64,000 nucleotides of DNA, from assembly GCA_964508365.1 (NCBI GenBank), contig CAZDTP010000012.1, forward strand, positions 9,573-73,572, read 5' to 3'. Under the pieces are notes generated by a model. That model was not told the DNA's origin and ran no database searches. It worked only from the letters and a program-made list of their open reading frames with translations. The DNA comes from an uncultured archaeon (GTDB lineage: Archaea > Asgardarchaeota > Lokiarchaeia > Sigyniarchaeales > SOKP01). Position numbers and translations under genes: made by a program. Of the stretch, positions 58,622 through 64,000 are shown in pieces (position 1 is the first letter of the stretch; the number at the start of each line of letters is the position of its first letter).

Positions 58622-59521
58622 ATGGATAAAGAAGAATATGAGTCAGATATTGTAATTATTGGGCATATAGCAAAGGATATCATAGAAATCGATGGAGTGA
58701 GTAAATCGGTACTAGGAGGAGCAGTATATTACGGGGGGTTAGCCGGTAGTCGAATGGGATTGAAATTAGCAATCATTACGAGGTTAAAGATCGAAGATTT
58801 CCCAATTTTGAGTTCGTTTGAGAAAAACAATATCAAATACTTTGCGTATCCAGCTAAAGAAACTTCAGGAATTAAAAACATATACTCCTCACAAAATATG
58901 GAATATAGGAGTTACGAGCCTCTAGGTTTTGCGGGTGCGTTTAATAAGGAAGAAATCCCAGATATTAACACAAAATTTTTTGTTATAGGTTCGATAATTG
59001 CTGGTGAAATCGATTTAGAGATATTAAAATATTTGAATGAGAGATATAACGGCAGATTGGGGCTTGACATCCAAGGTTTTATTAGAGGGTTAAAAGATAG
59101 TAAATTACAATATTTCAGCTTAAGTGAAAAAGAGAAGGTTGAAATAATATCTAAAGTAGATTACTTAAAAGTTGACGAAACTGAAGCGAAAATCCTCACA
59201 AACCTATCTTCTTTATCAAAAGCAGGAAAGAAACTAATCAAATTAGGACCGAAAGAAGTTCTTATCACCCACAAAAGCGGAATAAACTTAAGTTTAAAAA
59301 ATGAATTGTACTTCTTTCCTTGGAAAAATAAAAGTAGCGTAGGAAGGACAGGTAGAGGGGATACTGCCTTTATAAGTTATCTAGGATCACGAATAACCAA
59401 AAGTCCAGAAGATTCCTTAAGATTTTCTGCAGCGTTAACATCGCTAAAAATGGAATCAATAGAACCCTTTTCATTACCTTTAAGTGCGGTTGAAAAATTA
59501 ATAAGGGAAGAATATGTTTAA
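58622..59521 (+). CDS. PfkB family carbohydrate kinase
   Basis: IGHIAKD, GGAVYY, LKVDETEA, GRTGRGDT. Confidence 0.9.
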   Translation: MDKEEYESDIVIIGHIAKDIIEIDGVSKSVLGGAVYYGGLAGSRMGLKLAIITRLKIEDFPILSSFEKNNIKYFAYPAKETSGIKNIYSSQNMEYRSYEPLGFAGAFNKEEIPDINTKFFVIGSIIAGEIDLEILKYLNERYNGRLGLDIQGFIRGLKDSKLQYFSLSEKEKVEIISKVDYLKVDETEAKILTNLSSLSKAGKKLIKLGPKEVLITHKSGINLSLKNELYFFPWKNKSSVGRTGRGDTAFISYLGSRITKSPEDSLRFSAALTSLKMESIEPFSLPLSAVEKLIREEYV

Positions 59522-59523
59522 AG

Positions 59524-60753
59524 TTATTTGCCCCACATTCTAATCATTTCCTTTGTAATGATATATCTCATAATTTCTGATGTGCCTGCTGAGATTTGTC
59601 CGATCTTTGCATCACGATAATAGCGCTCTAAGGGATATTCTTCGGAGTATCCAAGACCTCCAGTAACTTGAATTGCGTCTTGAGTAATTCTCACAGTTGC
59701 GTCTGCGATCCGAGTTTTAACAGCAGCAACAAAAGCTCTACAATTATGACCATCATCAAGCATTCTTGCGATTTGAGCTATTGCCATTCTATTAAGTTCT
59801 ACATCCATGAACATTTCGCTAAGTTTGAATGATATTCCCTCAAAAGAATAAAGTGGTTTTTTGAATTGCACGCGTTTATGAGAGTATTTGTATGCAACTT
59901 CTAAGGCACTTCGAGCAAGACCAAGGTATTGAGAAGCAGTAAAAGTTCTTTCACCATCAAGGCCAAACAACAACACATCTAAACCTTCGTTTTCTCTATG
60001 AAGCAGATTTTCAACGGGAACTTTACAGTTATTAAAGCGAAGATGAGAATTGGGCATCCCTCTGCGTCCCATATGCTTGTAATCCTTAACTACATCAAAC
60101 CCAGGAGTGTCCGTTTCGAAGATAAATGCAGATATTCCTTGATGCGCTTTTACTTGATCGTTTGTTTTAGCATATAGACAAATATAATCCGCAACGCTAC
60201 CATTTGTTATGAAACATTTTTCTCCATTAAGAACATAGTGATCGCCTTCTCTCACTGCTTTTAATCTCATACCACCTATCGCGTCTGAGCCTCCTGTAGG
60301 TTCAGTAATGCCAATAGCACCTATTTTCGATCCATCAGCTATACCTGAGAGATATTTCATTTTCTGGTCTTGAGTTCCAAACTCTATTATTGGACCAGCA
60401 AACAAACAAGAGGAGGCCCCGAAAATTCCCGCGAGAGCGTAGTTAAAAGCTGTAAGTTCCTCACCAAATATCGTTCGGTATAAAACTCCTTTCCCAAGTC
60501 CTCCAGCTTCTTTTGGGATGATAATATTCAAAAAAGGTTTCATCTTACGTAAAACTTCTACTGCTAAACCATAATTTCTCTCCCGATCTATCTTCTCGGC
60601 TACAGGTTCAACATTATCTTTACACCATTCGCGCACGTCCATTCGGAAATCATTTTCCTCTTTTGTATAGAAGTGCAACCTATCAGGCATACAAGAATAT
60701 CCAAACTCAAAATCCAAATCGCTAAATTGAACATGTCCTTCCAAATTTATCAC
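59524..60753 (-). CDS. Acyl-CoA dehydrogenase
   Basis: AIGITEPTGGSDA, YVLNGEKCFITNG, GISAFI, RVQF.KPL..F, QVTGG.GY..EYPLERYYRDAK..QI..GT.EI. Confidence 0.95.
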   Translation of the reverse strand: MINLEGHVQFSDLDFEFGYSCMPDRLHFYTKEENDFRMDVREWCKDNVEPVAEKIDRERNYGLAVEVLRKMKPFLNIIIPKEAGGLGKGVLYRTIFGEELTAFNYALAGIFGASSCLFAGPIIEFGTQDQKMKYLSGIADGSKIGAIGITEPTGGSDAIGGMRLKAVREGDHYVLNGEKCFITNGSVADYICLYAKTNDQVKAHQGISAFIFETDTPGFDVVKDYKHMGRRGMPNSHLRFNNCKVPVENLLHRENEGLDVLLFGLDGERTFTASQYLGLARSALEVAYKYSHKRVQFKKPLYSFEGISFKLSEMFMDVELNRMAIAQIARMLDDGHNCRAFVAAVKTRIADATVRITQDAIQVTGGLGYSEEYPLERYYRDAKIGQISAGTSEIMRYIITKEMIRMWGK

Positions 60754-60880
60754 ATCAAGTTTTAATTAGTATAATATAACAATCATCTAAAATAAAAGAT
60801 TATTTTTTATATTTGATATACTTTTTAGAAAACATATTGTAATGTTGAAATTTAATAATATCTAAAATTAATCCTTATCA

Positions 60881-61639
60881 ATGAGAGTCGGTGGAATTGT
60901 AGATATCTCAACAAAGGATATCCCTAATAAGTCAACAATGGTTATTTTCACGGTTGGGTGCAATCTAAGTTGTGAATTTTGCCACAATAAATATCTACTA
61001 AATATGGGAGTAGGGAGAGATGTCTATGTTCCTGAATTAATGGAACAAATTAAAAGTAACATGTTAGTCAGTGGTGTGAGCATTTCTGGAGGAGAACCTA
61101 CACTTCAAAAAGATTTACTTGAATTATGTAAAGAAATAAAGATTGTTGGAAAATATATCAGTATTGACACAAATGGAACAAATCCGAAATTTATTACAGA
61201 ATTACTACCATATATCAACAGAGTTGCTTTAGATATGAAAGGTCCACTCAACAGTAAAAGAATAACTAAAATAACTGGAAATAAAGTAAATATCAACCTA
61301 ATTGTTGAAACATTTGAAACTGTAAATAATCACAAGGATATTGATTTTGAAATAAGAACGACTTATGTGGAAAATTTGATGAAACCAGACGATATCGATA
61401 AGATTATTCTATTCCTAAGAAAAAATAAGTTCCGAGGTAGTTTTGTCCTTCAACAGTATCAATATTCCGAAGGCGTTGGGGAGGAATATAAACAGAAATT
61501 TCAAAAGCCAGAGCACATTACGCTACTCAATATACTAAAACCTTATAGAAATATGGAATTACCGTTCCAAATCTATTTAAGAGATGAGATTATTGGTTAT
61601 AGTGCGATAGATAAGTTGTATGACTATCTAGATAATTAA
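60881..61639 (+). CDS. Radical SAM protein, anaerobic ribonucleotide-reductase activating-enzyme family
   Basis: GCNLSCEFCHN, ISGGEPTLQ, IDTNG, ALDMKG, EIRTT. Confidence 0.85.
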   Translation: MRVGGIVDISTKDIPNKSTMVIFTVGCNLSCEFCHNKYLLNMGVGRDVYVPELMEQIKSNMLVSGVSISGGEPTLQKDLLELCKEIKIVGKYISIDTNGTNPKFITELLPYINRVALDMKGPLNSKRITKITGNKVNINLIVETFETVNNHKDIDFEIRTTYVENLMKPDDIDKIILFLRKNKFRGSFVLQQYQYSEGVGEEYKQKFQKPEHITLLNILKPYRNMELPFQIYLRDEIIGYSAIDKLYDYLDN

Positions 61640-61651
61640 TAGGTGAATTAA

Positions 61652-61819
61652 GTGAATGAGAAGAAGAAAGAATTTAGAAAAGAAAATGACAGTAAGAATG
61701 AGGATCTCGAAGAAGAATTAGAGAGACAATGGGAAATGCAGGACCAAATTCACAAATCATGCAAAATGAAAGGAGACAGTGAAGAAAAGCAAAAGAAATG
61801 GAAAGAAAAATATAGTTAA
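61652..61819 (+). CDS. Small highly charged protein (55 aa)
   Basis: GTG start after AGGTGA; MNEKKKEFRKENDSKNEDLEEELERQWEMQDQIHKSCKMKGDSEEKQKKWKEKYS; below ORF-track cutoff. Confidence 0.45.
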   Translation: MNEKKKEFRKENDSKNEDLEEELERQWEMQDQIHKSCKMKGDSEEKQKKWKEKYS

Positions 61820-61837
61820 TTTAATATTCTCTATGAT

Positions 61838-63193
61838 TTATCTTTGAGCTTTCGTTTCGATTTTTGATTTCATAGCATAGAAAACTGCTACGCCACAAAT
61901 AACAATTATTCCTTGAATAATTATCGTCAATAGACCTTCTAAATCTGCAAATGAAAAAAATAATCCAAAACAAGCAATGCATCCTAATAGAGCAACAATT
62001 GGGAACCATCTAATATTAGGCTTTAGTTTAAAGGGTCGTTCAAGCTCTGGTTTTTTCTTACGTAAAAAGATAAGGCTTAGATTCACGATGAAAAAAGTAA
62101 TTAGTACTCCAAAAACGGTGGCATCTGCAAAAGTAGATATGTCCCCAAAAATATATAACCCTAAGGGAATTATGGTTAGAATTGTTGTTGTTAAAATGGC
62201 TACTGCAGGTGTTCTAAATTTAGGTGAAATTTTACTTATTCCTTCTGGTAACGCTTTATCTCTCGCCATCCCGTACATCATTCTTGAAGTGACAATCATC
62301 ATTATCAGAACTGTGTTCGCTGTAGCAAAGAGGGCAATAAATGACATGATTATACCTCCAACGGGACCTAATATTACTGAAACAACATCGCTTAAAGGTG
62401 CTGGAGAAACGGCAATCAATTCATAATCCAGAATGCCAACTATGGAGATAGCAGTTAAACAATATAAAACTGTTGTAATGAAAATCGAATAGATTATAGC
62501 TCGAGGGAGATTTCTAGCGGGCTTTTTAACTTCTTCAGCAATATTTGCGATATCTTCAAATCCAATATAGGCAAAAAATACTAACGCAACCGCTGAAAAG
62601 ATAGTACTAAACGAACTTCCGATAGGTAGCAGAAAATAATTGACTGTCCCTAAATGCGGTATGCCAATTATAATAATTAAAATGAGTCCTGAAGCCTCAA
62701 TTAAGGTAAATAGTATATTTGTCCACGTAGATGCCCTTATACCAACGAAATTAATTAGACTTAGAATAACTATCAGTATAACAGCAAAACTAACAACAGG
62801 TATAATCGTGGGAACCCCAATTAAAGCGGCCAAATACCCCCCAAAACCTAATGCAACCGTAGCTGCTGAGAGTATACCCGAAAAAATAATTATCCATCCA
62901 AGCAGAAAGGATAAAAGCCGTATTTTAAAAGCTTCTTCTGTATATACAAATTCAGCAGCGCTTTTTGGAAACATAGCAGATAGTTCAGCATATGATAAAC
63001 CAGTTAAAGCTCCAATAATTGAAGCTATTATAAATACCACCCATGAAAAATTACCAGTATATCCTACTACTTCTCCAATTAAGGCATATATGCCTGCTCC
63101 TAAAACATTTCCAACCCCGTAGACAGTAACTCCGAACAAAGATACCCTTCTCTTAAGCTCAGGTCGTTCCCTAACTTCTTCCAATAATATCAC
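61838..63193 (-). CDS. APC family amino acid permease
   Basis: GNVLGAGIYAL, SYAELSAMFP, FFAYIGFEDIANIAEE.K.P.RNLP, RMMYGMARD, RPF. Confidence 0.93.
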   Translation of the reverse strand: MILLEEVRERPELKRRVSLFGVTVYGVGNVLGAGIYALIGEVVGYTGNFSWVVFIIASIIGALTGLSYAELSAMFPKSAAEFVYTEEAFKIRLLSFLLGWIIIFSGILSAATVALGFGGYLAALIGVPTIIPVVSFAVILIVILSLINFVGIRASTWTNILFTLIEASGLILIIIIGIPHLGTVNYFLLPIGSSFSTIFSAVALVFFAYIGFEDIANIAEEVKKPARNLPRAIIYSIFITTVLYCLTAISIVGILDYELIAVSPAPLSDVVSVILGPVGGIIMSFIALFATANTVLIMMIVTSRMMYGMARDKALPEGISKISPKFRTPAVAILTTTILTIIPLGLYIFGDISTFADATVFGVLITFFIVNLSLIFLRKKKPELERPFKLKPNIRWFPIVALLGCIACFGLFFSFADLEGLLTIIIQGIIVICGVAVFYAMKSKIETKAQR

Positions 63194-63457
63194 CTATCTA
63201 AATATAAATAATTTTATACTTCGCCTAATAAAAAGTTAATATTTTAAATCTTAAAATAATAGTAATTCAGAAAAAAATGTAGTTTTATTTTAATTTTTCT
63301 GGTCTAACTATACACGCCTGTTGACGATGATGATTTAAAATATGTAAAAAAAGATATCTCTATAGCGTCTCTTCCAATTAGAGAAATTTATATAAAATTT
63401 AATATTCTATAACCTATATGATTTATGAATATATATTTAAAAAAATTTCATTAAAAA

Positions 63458-63967
63458 GTGATAAAAATGCCAAATTTTAAAGAGACATATGAAGCTATCA
63501 AAAAAGATATTTCAAATGGGGAAAAGAATTTCAATGTTAGTTGTGAAATGATACCTGAAGGCCAAAAATGTAGAGTAATCATGGGTGCTTCTAATCATGA
63601 ATTTTTAATTGACGCCCCTGTAGGATTAGATGGTACAGATGAAGGACCATCGCCTTTGTTAGCAATATTAGGGGCTATTGGTGCCTGCATTATAGCAGTG
63701 ACAAGGTTTTGGGCAAAAATTATGGATATTAAAATCGAATCACTCACTGTAAATTCGCGAGGTCATCTCAATCTTGGAGCTCTTTTTGGAATTGACGACA
63801 ATATGCTTCCAGGTTACGATAAGCTTGAGCCTGTCATTAGAATTAAAGCAGACGCCCCTAAAGAAAAAATAGAAGAAATGATGGAAAAAGTGTTTAGCCA
63901 CTGTCCAGTTATCACCAACTTCAATGGAGCATCTCCAATTAAACCTAAATTACAAATTAGAGAATAG
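63458..63967 (+). CDS. OsmC family protein
   Basis: DAPVGLDG.D.GPSP...LGA.GAC, HCPV; probable start ATG 63467. Confidence 0.88.
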   Translation: MIKMPNFKETYEAIKKDISNGEKNFNVSCEMIPEGQKCRVIMGASNHEFLIDAPVGLDGTDEGPSPLLAILGAIGACIIAVTRFWAKIMDIKIESLTVNSRGHLNLGALFGIDDNMLPGYDKLEPVIRIKADAPKEKIEEMMEKVFSHCPVITNFNGASPIKPKLQIRE

Positions 63968-63978
63968 GATCTAGGCAA

Positions 63979-63996
63979 TTTTATTTTTTTTTTTTT
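63979..63996 (+). terminator. Poly-T terminator candidate after the OsmC gene
   Basis: Long T run 12 bp downstream of the stop codon. Confidence 0.55.
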
Positions 63997-64000
63997 GATT

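Noticed and set aside
1-64000. tRNA, rRNA, integrase, transposase or IS ends
   Set aside because: No cloverleaf or rRNA-like GC-rich tracts, no recombinase/transposase motifs and no terminal inverted repeats were recognised by eye; tRNAscan-SE, Infernal and ISEScan would be needed to exclude them formally.

Overview
AT-rich archaeal chromosomal window, most likely from a Lokiarchaeia (Asgard/Promethearchaeota) genome. This is inferred from two Roadblock/LC7 genes, a ubiquitin-like gene, a vWA-RING gene and C-terminally anchored surface proteins of Loki-CTERM type. The centre (19236-29080, +) is a 12-gene operon: tusA-dsrE-dsrF-dsrH-dsrE2-hdrC-hdrB-hdrA-mvhD, then an MvhG-like Fe-S protein fused to a Cys-less vestige of a [NiFe]-hydrogenase large subunit, an FrhB-like protein split by an inserted GltD/NfnB-type flavoprotein and ending in a winged helix, and a second tusA. 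A divergent Lrp/AsnC regulator sits upstream. The 3' end of that lrp gene recurs twice further downstream as progressively decayed direct repeats (15126-15296, 13215-13367). These bracket two cargo blocks, a surface adhesin and mtrH plus a ParE-type TA pair whose toxin has an in-frame stop, which looks like serial cassette accretion at a gene end. Similar diverged direct repeats adjoin two other large surface-protein genes. The window also holds five large secreted/anchored proteins, a divergent RtcB-fold protein, a truncated pelota/eRF1-like protein, metG and ordinary metabolic/transport genes. I saw no tRNA, rRNA, CRISPR array, integrase or transposase. All family calls come from motif recognition and hand alignment, not database searches.
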